From an uncultured Nitrospiraceae bacterium (GTDB taxonomy: Bacteria > Nitrospirota > Thermodesulfovibrionia > Thermodesulfovibrionales > Dissulfurispiraceae), in contig CAMTVO010000037.1 in NCBI GenBank assembly GCA_947085205.1, positions 1 to 61,482 of the forward strand: 61,482 bases of DNA, read 5' to 3'. This document shows positions 13,134 to 21,943 of the stretch, in pieces. The notes below the pieces were generated by a model, which ran no database searches, was not told where the DNA came from, and saw nothing but the letters and a program-made list of their open reading frames with translations. The translations under genes and the position numbers were made by a program. The first letter of the stretch is position 1. The number at the start of each line of letters is the position of its first letter.

Positions 13134-13349
13134 ATGAGGCTTAAGGTAAACGGTGAATATCGAGAGACAAAGAGCGGGACACTTCTTCAATTATTGGAGG
13201 AATTGGATGTAATGCCGGAGAGGGTTGCTGTCGAGGTAAACCTGAAGATTATTAAGAGGGCTGATTTCGTGAATTATAAACTGAATGACGGCGATACCGT
13301 TGAAATAGTCTATTTTGTTGGAGGTGGAGACTTAGAATCTCAAATTTGA
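13134..13349 (+). CDS. thiS: Sulfur carrier ThiS with a short C-terminal extension
   Basis: VNGE...VAVEVN...D.VEIV.FVGGG; first gene of the thi operon. Confidence 0.92.
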   Translation: MRLKVNGEYRETKSGTLLQLLEELDVMPERVAVEVNLKIIKRADFVNYKLNDGDTVEIVYFVGGGDLESQI

Positions 13350-13382
13350 AATTTCAAATCTCAAATTTATTCGGAGGAATGT

Positions 13383-14153
13383 ATGGAAGATAGATTGATA
13401 ATACGCGGCATCGAGTTCAAATCGAGGCTTTGGATAGGCACAGGAAAGTATAAGGATTTTGAAGAGACTGCAAGGGTGGTTGAGGCATCAGGCGCTGATG
13501 TGGTTACAGTGGCGGTCAGAAGGGTTAATATCATTGACCCGAAGTCTGAAAACCTTTTAGATTACATAGACCCGAAGAAATATAAGATACTTCCCAATAC
13601 CGCAGGCTGCTATACGGTTGAAGATGCGCTGAGATATTCCCGCCTTGCCAGAGAAGCCGGAGTGTCGGACATGATTAAACTTGAAGTAATCGGAGATGAA
13701 AAGACACTATTCCCTGATGTAATAGGGCTTCTTCAGGCAACAGAGATTCTTGCAAAGGAGGGATTTATCGTATTTCCTTACACAAACGACGACCCGATAA
13801 TGGCAAAAAGGCTTGAGAATGCAGGCGCTGCTGCTGTTATGCCGCTTGGAGCGCCCATAGGCTCCGGGCTTGGAATAAGGAATCCCTACAACATAAAGAT
13901 AATACTCGAGGCTTCTAAGGTTCCTGTAATAGTTGATGCAGGAGTGGGAACCGCTTCTGATGCGACTATTGCGATGGAGCTGGGATGCGATGCGGTGTTG
14001 ATAAATACTGCTGTTGCCGGGGCAAAAGACCCGATAGCAATGGCAGAGGCGATGAAGCATGCGGTTATTGCAGGGAGATTGGCGTATAAGGCAGGACGCA
14101 TACCAAAGAAATTATACGCAACGGCAAGCAGCCCGATAGAGGGAATGTTGTAA
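13383..14153 (+). CDS. thiG: Thiazole synthase
   Basis: [32 protein letters not shown]. Confidence 0.97.
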   Translation: MEDRLIIRGIEFKSRLWIGTGKYKDFEETARVVEASGADVVTVAVRRVNIIDPKSENLLDYIDPKKYKILPNTAGCYTVEDALRYSRLAREAGVSDMIKLEVIGDEKTLFPDVIGLLQATEILAKEGFIVFPYTNDDPIMAKRLENAGAAAVMPLGAPIGSGLGIRNPYNIKIILEASKVPVIVDAGVGTASDATIAMELGCDAVLINTAVAGAKDPIAMAEAMKHAVIAGRLAYKAGRIPKKLYATASSPIEGML

Positions 14154-14179
14154 AGGAAATGAATAGTTGATAGTGAATA

Positions 14180-14848
14180 GTGATGAGTAAAAAATTTGTA
14201 GACTTTAAATTATATTTAATAACCAACAGAAAACTATTCACTAACTACTATTCACTATTCACTGCCGTTGAGGATGCGCTGAAGGCCGGTGTGAAGGCAG
14301 TTCAATTGCGGGAAAAGGATTTGCCGACAAGGGAGCTTCTTGATATGGCATATAAGATGCGAGAGTTGACAGAAAAATATAATGCGACGCTCTTTATCAA
14401 TGACAGGACTGACATTGCAATATGCGTTGATGCCGACGGCGTGCATCTTGGGCAGAATAGTATCCCTGCTTATGCCGTTAGAAAGGCTGTTAACGCATCA
14501 CGCATCACGCATCACGCATCACGCTTTCTTATAGGAGTTTCAACACATAGCTTTGAAGAAGCAGAAATAGCGGATAAAGAAGGCGCGGATTTTATAACAT
14601 TTGGACCTATTTATGCGACTTCTTCGAAACTTAAATATGGAAGACCGGTAGGAATTGAGGCATTAAGAGAGGTTGTAGAAAAAGTTTCCATTCCTGTTTT
14701 TGGAATCGGAGGAATCAAGACAGACAATATCAATGAAGTTATAAATGCAGGGGCTTTTGGTGTTGCATTGATAAGCGGCATTTTAGGCGAAAGGGATATA
14801 AAAACTGCTGCTGAAAATTATTTAAAAGCATTAGGAGAAAAGTTATGA
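14180..14848 (+). CDS. thiE: Thiamine-phosphate synthase
   Basis: QLREK, INDR, GVHLGQ, GVSTH, GIGGI. Confidence 0.94.
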   Translation: MMSKKFVDFKLYLITNRKLFTNYYSLFTAVEDALKAGVKAVQLREKDLPTRELLDMAYKMRELTEKYNATLFINDRTDIAICVDADGVHLGQNSIPAYAVRKAVNASRITHHASRFLIGVSTHSFEEAEIADKEGADFITFGPIYATSSKLKYGRPVGIEALREVVEKVSIPVFGIGGIKTDNINEVINAGAFGVALISGILGERDIKTAAENYLKALGEKL

Positions 14849-16128
14849 CAAGGATAGAGATTGCAAAAAAAGGCGTTATCACAGATGAAATTAAGGCAGT
14901 TGCTCAGGCAGAGGGCGTATCTCCTGAAAGGCTCGCCTCAGATATTGCCGAAGGCATAACTGTTATCACAAGAAACAACCTGCATGATATTACCCCCCTT
15001 GGTATAGGCAAGGGCTTGAAAACAAAGATAAATGCAAACATAGGTACGTCAAAGGATAAGGTCTCCTATGACGATGAGATAAAGAAGCTTGAAGTGCTTG
15101 TGAAATATGGCGCAGATGCTGTAATGGATCTCTCAACAGGCGGCGCAATAAAGGATTTGAGGAATACCCTTATAAATAAATCGCCTGTTGCCGTAGGAAC
15201 AGTGCCGATTTATGAGGCGGTAGTCAGGACAGTCGAAAAGCATGGGCACATAGCAAAGATATCTCCTGATGAACTCTTTGATGTAATTGAAGATCATGCA
15301 AAGGATGGAGTTGACTTTGTAACAGTCCATTGCGGAATTACACAAAAGGCAATAGCGAGATTAAGAGAAGACAGGAGAATCCTCGATGTTGTGAGCAGGG
15401 GAGGCGCATTCCTGCTTGAATGGATGATATACAATGGTAAGGAGAATCCACTTTATGAACAATACGATAGGCTTCTAATGATAGCAAAAAAATATGACCT
15501 AACTTTAAGTCTCGGCGATGGTTTTAGACCGGGTTGCCTTGCAGATGCAACAGATAGAAGTCAGATTGAGGAACTGGTCACACTTGGCGAATTAAGGGAC
15601 AGGGCGCTTGAAGCAGGTGTCCAGACGATTATCGAAGGTCCGGGGCATGTGCCGTTAAATCAGGTTGAATTGAATATTAAGATGCAGAAGGAGATATGCA
15701 AAGGCGCTCCGTTTTATGTGCTCGGTCCTCTTGTTACGGATATAGCAATGGGTTATGACCATATTGCAGCGGCAATAGGAGGCGCTATTGCAGGCGCTGC
15801 GGGCGCTGATTTTCTCTGTTATGTTACTCCTGCCGAGCATATTCGACTTCCCAATATCGAGGATGTAAAAGAAGGTGTTATTGCATCAAAGATAGCAGCC
15901 CATGCTGCAGATATTGCGAAAGGAATCCCGGGTGCAATGGAGAAAGACAGGAAGATGGCGCAATTCAGGAAGAATCTCGATTGGGAAGGGCAGGCATCAA
16001 TGAGTTTCAATCCCGATAAGGTGAGACGACTGCGCGGAGAAGTGCCGCCGGGCATGGATGAGGTGTGCAGCATGTGCGGAGAATTATGCGCCATAAAGAC
16101 TGTGGAGAGGGCGCTGCAGAGGAGGTAA
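14845..16128 (+). CDS. thiC: Phosphomethylpyrimidine synthase
   Basis: KINANIG, MDLSTG, SRGG, EGPGH, CSMCGELC. Confidence 0.97.
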   Translation: MTRIEIAKKGVITDEIKAVAQAEGVSPERLASDIAEGITVITRNNLHDITPLGIGKGLKTKINANIGTSKDKVSYDDEIKKLEVLVKYGADAVMDLSTGGAIKDLRNTLINKSPVAVGTVPIYEAVVRTVEKHGHIAKISPDELFDVIEDHAKDGVDFVTVHCGITQKAIARLREDRRILDVVSRGGAFLLEWMIYNGKENPLYEQYDRLLMIAKKYDLTLSLGDGFRPGCLADATDRSQIEELVTLGELRDRALEAGVQTIIEGPGHVPLNQVELNIKMQKEICKGAPFYVLGPLVTDIAMGYDHIAAAIGGAIAGAAGADFLCYVTPAEHIRLPNIEDVKEGVIASKIAAHAADIAKGIPGAMEKDRKMAQFRKNLDWEGQASMSFNPDKVRRLRGEVPPGMDEVCSMCGELCAIKTVERALQRR

Positions 16129-16136
16129 AACCTAAG

Positions 16137-16922
16137 TTAAGCGATAACACTCCATTCCTTCAGTTTACTGCTTATAAATTTTACGACCTTATGGTGTTCT
16201 TCCTCGCCTCTGCCCTGAATCAGCATCGGCTCGCCGAAGGCAAAGTGAACTTTTTTTGACGGATTTATCTTGCCGAAATCCTTAAGGTATTTGCCGTTGC
16301 CCCATGTGTCTGTCTTTAATGCTATTGGCACTACAGGGACATTAGCCCTGTGTGCGAGTTTTATTCCGATTGTGTTGAAAGTTTTAAGATCAAGCACGGC
16401 AGTCCTTGTTGTCTGGGGGAAAATGATAATGGATCTGCCTGCCTTTAACCTCTCGATGCCTCCCTCAAGCACTGCCTTCAAATCTTCGCGCGGATTTGTC
16501 CTACTTACGGTTATAGGGTCTCGTGAGCGCATCACATGCTTAAAAACAGGATATTCCACAAGGCTTTTTTTCACTACAAAAGTCGTGTCTTTAAAAGGCG
16601 CTATTATTGCCGGAAGAACAAATGTCTCAAGAGCGCTCATGTGGTTTGCAATAAAGACGCATGGCCCCTCCATATTCTTAAAATGCTCTACGCCTGTTAT
16701 TTCGATTTTAATTCCCACGCTCTCAAGGGCACGAAGCACCTCAAGACTGCTTTTGCTCCATTCTGCAGTGTCATATTTTGAACGTTTGGCATTAGAGCTT
16801 GACTTAAAAACAATCGGCAGAAGTTTCGAGTAAAAGACGAGTGATGGCGCTATTTTTGCGAGCAATGAAACTTTTTCAAAGCTGCTTTTGTATGAGCCGT
16901 TTTTGAAATTAAGGCGTACCAA
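16137..16922 (-). CDS. 1-acyl-sn-glycerol-3-phosphate acyltransferase (PlsC family)
   Basis: NHMSALET and IFPQTTR acyltransferase motifs. Confidence 0.85.
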   Translation of the reverse strand: MVRLNFKNGSYKSSFEKVSLLAKIAPSLVFYSKLLPIVFKSSSNAKRSKYDTAEWSKSSLEVLRALESVGIKIEITGVEHFKNMEGPCVFIANHMSALETFVLPAIIAPFKDTTFVVKKSLVEYPVFKHVMRSRDPITVSRTNPREDLKAVLEGGIERLKAGRSIIIFPQTTRTAVLDLKTFNTIGIKLAHRANVPVVPIALKTDTWGNGKYLKDFGKINPSKKVHFAFGEPMLIQGRGEEEHHKVVKFISSKLKEWSVIA

Positions 16923-16936
16923 ATTAATTCTCCTTT

Positions 16937-17305
16937 TTATACAGGCTCTTTGAAAAACTCAATCCACTCATCGAACTGCTTTAATTTGTCATTCCCGAAT
17001 TTTGCAATTATCTCCCTGATTTCCTGTACAGACTTTTCCTTTTCGACAATCTCTCTTCCGAGATAACAGTGTGAGATATAGGGATGGAACCCATAGCAGC
17101 CTATCTTCGGGGCATGAGTCATAAATATTCCTATATCATGAAGCATTGCCGCTTCCTCTATAAATTTAAAATTAGGATTAAGCTCTTTGACCCTCTCCGC
17201 AACCTGCAATGCCTTTTTTGCCACGAGTTTGCTGTGGTGGATCAGAAAATAGTATGCCTTTGAATCAGGCTCATAGTATTTTTCTATTATCTTGATAACA
17301 TCCAT
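16937..17305 (-). pseudogene. HD(IG) phosphohydrolase, apparently internally deleted
   Basis: H...LHDIG present but only 122 aa; jumps from GREIVEK to EKSVQEIR with no distal Asp motif. Confidence 0.55.
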
Positions 17306-17329
17306 TCAGTATTATAGTATAATTTCCAT

Positions 17330-19063
17330 ATGGAACTCACAGAAAACGCACTGAAGGTCTTGAATGCCCGTTATCTGTTTAGGGATGAAAAGGGCAATGT
17401 GAAAGAAAAGCCTGAGGATATGTTCAGGCGTGTTGCGCATAACATAGCGGAAGCAGAAAGACTTTACAATGAAGATGCAAAATACTGGGAAGAAAGATTC
17501 TATGAGCTGATGACATCTTTAAAATTCCTTCCCAACTCTCCCGCTCTAATGAATGCAGGAAAATCAATAGGGCAGCTTGCCGCTTGTTTTGTCCTCCCTG
17601 TGGAAGACTCCATGAAGAGCATATTTGATACATTGAAAAATGCTGCCTTGATACTCCAGAGTGGCGGGGGCACTGGATTTTCCTTTTCGAGGCTGAGGCC
17701 CAAGGCCGATATAGTGAGGTCGACAGGCGGGATTGCAAGCGGCCCTGTATCATTTATGAAGATTTATAACACTGCCACAGAGGTTATAAAGCAGGGCGGT
17801 GCAAGGCGCGGTGCAAATATGGGAATTCTCAGGATAGACCATCCTGATATTCTTGAATTCATACGGATAAAGAGGCGGGAAGGCGAGCTGACCAATTTCA
17901 ATATCTCTGTTGCCGTCACTGATGCATTTATGGAAGCATTGAAGAATGATAGAGAATATGAACTAAAAAATCCAAGGTCGGGTGAAGTTGTCGGAAGTTT
18001 TAGAGCAAAAATAGTTTTTGATGAAATTGTCGAAAGCGCATGGGAAACAGGAGACCCTGGCTTGATATTCATAGACAGGATTAACAGGGCTAATCCAACG
18101 CCCCACATTGGTCAGATTGAGAGTACAAATCCATGCGGAGAGCAGCCGCTCCTCCCTTATGAGGCATGTGTGCTTGGCTCTATGAATCTGTCAAAATATG
18201 TAAAAGACAATCAGAAGACAGAAGTCAGAAGACAGAAGTCAGAAGAAAAAATTAACTGGGATATGCTTGCTGAAGACATTAAGATTGCTGTCAGATTTCT
18301 GGATAATGCCATCGATGTGAATATATATCCCCTTCCCGAGATCGAAAGGATGCATAAAGGCAACAGAAAGATAGGGCTTGGTGTAATGGGATGGGCTGAT
18401 GCACTGATACTTCTAAAAATACCGTACACCCATGAAAAGGCATTTGAACTCGCAAGGAAGGTCATGAAGTTTATCGGGGATAAATCAAGAGAGGCATCTG
18501 TAGAATTGGCAGAAAAACGGGGGGTATTTCCAAATTTCAAGGAATCGATTTATGATGCTCCCGATATGCCGAAGGTAAGGAATGCAACCACAACCACTAT
18601 TGCTCCCACAGGAACGCTTTCCACCATTGCAGATTGTTCAAGCGGGATCGAACCCATATTTGCCATTGCATATAAAAGGCTTGTGCTCGATACCGAGTTT
18701 TACGAAATAAACAAATATTTTGTAGAAGTTGCCCAGAAGAGAGGATTTTTTTCTGATGAATTGATGACAAAGATTTTGAGAAAGGGAAATCTGAGGGGTA
18801 TAAAAGAGATACCTTTAGATGTAAAGAGGCTTTTTAAGACAGCATTGGAAATTCCTCTGGAAGACCATATCGAAATGCAGGCGGCATTTCAGGAATATAC
18901 TGACAATGCGGTTTCTAAGACCATTAACTTTCCTAATAAAGCGAAAAGGGATGATGTGGAGAGGGCATTTATTTTATCTTATGAAAAGGGCGTAAAAGGC
19001 ATTACTGTTTTCAGATACGGTGCAAAGAAGGGAACGCTTGTTAAATTTACCGATTCGGATTAA
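17330..19063 (+). CDS. nrdJ: Adenosylcobalamin-dependent (class II) ribonucleotide reductase, short form
   Basis: PNSPALMNAG, ACFV, TNPCGEQ, IAPTGT, SKTIN. Confidence 0.88.
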   Translation: MELTENALKVLNARYLFRDEKGNVKEKPEDMFRRVAHNIAEAERLYNEDAKYWEERFYELMTSLKFLPNSPALMNAGKSIGQLAACFVLPVEDSMKSIFDTLKNAALILQSGGGTGFSFSRLRPKADIVRSTGGIASGPVSFMKIYNTATEVIKQGGARRGANMGILRIDHPDILEFIRIKRREGELTNFNISVAVTDAFMEALKNDREYELKNPRSGEVVGSFRAKIVFDEIVESAWETGDPGLIFIDRINRANPTPHIGQIESTNPCGEQPLLPYEACVLGSMNLSKYVKDNQKTEVRRQKSEEKINWDMLAEDIKIAVRFLDNAIDVNIYPLPEIERMHKGNRKIGLGVMGWADALILLKIPYTHEKAFELARKVMKFIGDKSREASVELAEKRGVFPNFKESIYDAPDMPKVRNATTTTIAPTGTLSTIADCSSGIEPIFAIAYKRLVLDTEFYEINKYFVEVAQKRGFFSDELMTKILRKGNLRGIKEIPLDVKRLFKTALEIPLEDHIEMQAAFQEYTDNAVSKTINFPNKAKRDDVERAFILSYEKGVKGITVFRYGAKKGTLVKFTDSD

Positions 19064-19066
19064 TAA

Positions 19067-19822
19067 ATGTTTATAGCGAAAAAAATTATAACTTCATTCC
19101 TTTTGCCGCCTGGGATATTCATTGTTTTACTAATATTTTCAGGTGTATGGCTTTTACTCAAGAAGCACTGGAAGGCCGGCATTATGAATTGTCTTATTGG
19201 TATTTTCATGTGGGCTGTTTTTATATCGCCTGTTGCCGATGCCATGCTGCGAGGGCTCGAATCGGATTTTAGAATCCCTGAAAATACGCATGGAGACGTG
19301 ATTATTCTTCTGGGCGGTGGTGCGTATGATAAAGCCCCTGACCTTTCAGGCACCGGTGTCCCATCCGAAGACATGCTCGGAAGGATTGTTACTGCTGTGA
19401 GGCTTCAAAAAAGACTTAATATTCCTGTTATTGTATCAGGTGGCAAGGTTTATAAACATAAAAACGCAGAAGCGCCCATTGTAAAAAGGTTCCTCATCGA
19501 CCTTGGAGTTCCTGCAAATAAGGTGATTATTGAAGACAAGAGCAGAGATACCATCGAGAATGCAAGGTTTACAAAAGAGATATGCGACAAATATAATTTC
19601 ACAAAACCGATACTGGTAACTTCGGCGTATCATATGAGGCGTGCCGTTATGAGTTTTGAAAAGGCGGGAACGAAGGTTACACCATTCCCTGCATATTTTA
19701 AAACATGGGAAGATAAAAAATACGGCTGGGTTGACTATCTACCTGATGCAGATGAACTAAAAAACTCATATCAAGCTATGCATGAATACATCGGATTACT
19801 GTTTTATCAACTTACTTATTAG
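19067..19822 (+). CDS. YdcF/DUF218 (ElyC-like) membrane protein
   Basis: ILLGGG, VSGG, SRDTIENA, LVTSAYHMRRA, HEYIG. Confidence 0.9.
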   Translation: MFIAKKIITSFLLPPGIFIVLLIFSGVWLLLKKHWKAGIMNCLIGIFMWAVFISPVADAMLRGLESDFRIPENTHGDVIILLGGGAYDKAPDLSGTGVPSEDMLGRIVTAVRLQKRLNIPVIVSGGKVYKHKNAEAPIVKRFLIDLGVPANKVIIEDKSRDTIENARFTKEICDKYNFTKPILVTSAYHMRRAVMSFEKAGTKVTPFPAYFKTWEDKKYGWVDYLPDADELKNSYQAMHEYIGLLFYQLTY

Positions 19823-19836
19823 AAGAGGAGGCTTTG

Positions 19837-20580
19837 ATGATTCTTGGCGTTAATATTGACCATGTTGCAACAGTAAGGGAGGCGAGGAAGACCTTTGAGC
19901 CAGATCCTGTAATGGCTGCAACACTTGCTATACTTGGCGGCGCTGATGGGATTACCATACATTTAAGAGAAGACAGGAGACATGCAAAGGACAGGGATTT
20001 GAGGCTTTTAAGGGAGGTTGTACAGTGCGAGCTGAATTTAGAAATGGCTGCAACAAAAGAGATGTTGCGGATTGCCCTTGATGTAAAGCCTGATATGGTA
20101 ACGCTTGTCCCCGAAAAGAGGCAGGAGCTTACCACAGAGGGCGGACTCGATATGGCCGGACAGAAAAAGAATCTCAAAGAGACCATTAAAAGAATTAAAG
20201 ACGCCGGAATTCCTGTGAGCCTTTTTATTAATCCGAATATAATGGATGTGGATATTTCAAAAGAGATCGGCGCAGATATGGTGGAGATACATACCGGGCT
20301 TTATGCAAATGCAAAGGAGAAAAAACAGGAAAAGGAAATGCATAGGGTCATGGAAGCGGTCAAGGTTGCGAATAAGCTCGGCTTGTTCGCGAACGCTGGA
20401 CACGGCCTTAATTATTTTAACGTAAAAAATATTGCATCAATAGAGGGCATAAGGGGGCTTTATATCGGCCACAGCATTATCGCCCGTTCCGTGCTTGTGG
20501 GCATTGAAAGGGCGGTAAGGGAGATGAAGGGGTTGATGGGTTTCCTAACCGGCGTGCAGCTTTTTAGCACGTCCAGTTGA
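19837..20580 (+). CDS. pdxJ: Pyridoxine 5'-phosphate synthase
   Basis: LGVNIDHVATVR, HLREDRRH, TTEGGLD, AGHGL. Confidence 0.97.
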   Translation: MILGVNIDHVATVREARKTFEPDPVMAATLAILGGADGITIHLREDRRHAKDRDLRLLREVVQCELNLEMAATKEMLRIALDVKPDMVTLVPEKRQELTTEGGLDMAGQKKNLKETIKRIKDAGIPVSLFINPNIMDVDISKEIGADMVEIHTGLYANAKEKKQEKEMHRVMEAVKVANKLGLFANAGHGLNYFNVKNIASIEGIRGLYIGHSIIARSVLVGIERAVREMKGLMGFLTGVQLFSTSS

Positions 20581-20655
20581 GCGTTTTGATAGGCCGATGG
20601 TCTTCTGTGCAAGATTAATTAGGGAGCGAAGGGCTTCATTTACTGATTCTTCTGT
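20545..20655 (-). pseudogene. Remnant of an integron gene cassette: antitoxin-like 3' fragment running into a truncated attC site
   Basis: Minus-strand peptide TEESVNEALRSLINLAQKTIGLSKRSTGRAKKLHAG*; DNA GCCTATC-AAAACGCTCAACTGGACGTGC-TAAAAAGCT-GCACGCCGGTTAG. Confidence 0.55.
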
Positions 20656-20712
20656 GTCATTTTAACGGTTGCTGTCCCTATTTTATTATTTTATAAGAGT
20701 CATTTAAAGAAT

Positions 20713-21093
20713 ATGATACACGGCATAGGAACTGACATTGTTGAGATAGGCAGGATAAAAGACGCGGTTGAGAAGTGGGGAGAGCGGTTTCTAAAAAAGA
20801 TATTTACCGATAATGAGATCGCCTACTGCAATCAAAAGAAAGACCCGTATCCTCATCTCGCTGCGAGATTCGCCGCAAAAGAGGCTGTAATAAAGGCGTC
20901 AAGCCCGCTGCGCGGCACTCGTTTTGCGTTTCATGCTATTGAAATATTAAATGAACCATCAGGCAAACCGTTTATAAAAATAAATACTCCTGACTCTGAA
21001 CTCCTAACTCCAAACTTTTCCATTCATCTCACCTTAACTCATGAGCGAAACTATGCCATAGCAACAATTGTGCTTGAAAGAGAAAACCCATAA
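20713..21093 (+). CDS. acpS: Holo-ACP synthase
   Basis: GIGTDIVE, AARFAAKEAVIKA, GKP; follows pdxJ. Confidence 0.95.
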   Translation: MIHGIGTDIVEIGRIKDAVEKWGERFLKKIFTDNEIAYCNQKKDPYPHLAARFAAKEAVIKASSPLRGTRFAFHAIEILNEPSGKPFIKINTPDSELLTPNFSIHLTLTHERNYAIATIVLERENP

Positions 21094-21160
21094 AGAGTAT
21101 AATTTCAAGTTATTTTACCAGTTATTCTAACTGTTCAATCTGTTCAAATGGAGGATTTCC

Positions 21161-21943
21161 GTGAATATAATTGTCTGCATAAAACAGGTTCCTGACACGG
21201 CAGAGGTCAGGATAAACCCTGAGACAAATACCTTAATAAGAGAAGGCGTTCCGAGTATTATTAATCCTTATGATGTGCATGCTATTGAGGCGGCTCTTCA
21301 GATAAAAGAAAAGACAGGCGCAAAGGTTACAGTCATTACCATGGGCCCGCCGCAGGCCGAGGATGCTTTGAGAGAAGCCATTTCCATGGGCGCAGACGAT
21401 GTAAGACTTATTTCGGACAGGGCTTTTGCAGGCGCGGATACATGGGCGACCTCTCATGCCCTTTACAAGGCAATCGAAAAGCTCGGATACGACATAATCC
21501 TTTGCGGAAAGCAGGCCATAGACGGCGATACCGCGCAGGTCGGGCCTGAAGTGGCTGAATTTTTAAATATTCCGCACATAGCATATGTGAGAAAAGTAGA
21601 TGATGTCAGTGATAAATCCATAAAGGTTCAAAGATTGATGGACGACGGACATGATGTGGTAGAATCCACGCTTCCTGTGCTGTTGACTGTTGTAAAAGAG
21701 TTGAACACTCCAAGGCTTCCTTCGTTAAAAGGCAAAATGGCTGCTAAAAAAGCGGTAATAACCAAAATGAATATCAATGACATCGGAGCGGAAGAAGAGA
21801 ATGTGGGTCTTAAAGGCTCTCCGACTCAGGTCAAGAATATATTTGCTCCGCAGGCAAAGGCTGACAGAAAGATGCTTCATGGAGGCATCGAGGAGCAGGT
21901 AAGAGAACTAATAAACGAACTCAGGAGACTGAAATGCGTATAG
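21161..21943 (+). CDS. etfB: Electron transfer flavoprotein beta subunit
   Basis: VCIKQVPD, FAGADTWAT, CGKQAIDGDTAQVG. Confidence 0.95.
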   Translation: MNIIVCIKQVPDTAEVRINPETNTLIREGVPSIINPYDVHAIEAALQIKEKTGAKVTVITMGPPQAEDALREAISMGADDVRLISDRAFAGADTWATSHALYKAIEKLGYDIILCGKQAIDGDTAQVGPEVAEFLNIPHIAYVRKVDDVSDKSIKVQRLMDDGHDVVESTLPVLLTVVKELNTPRLPSLKGKMAAKKAVITKMNINDIGAEEENVGLKGSPTQVKNIFAPQAKADRKMLHGGIEEQVRELINELRRLKCV

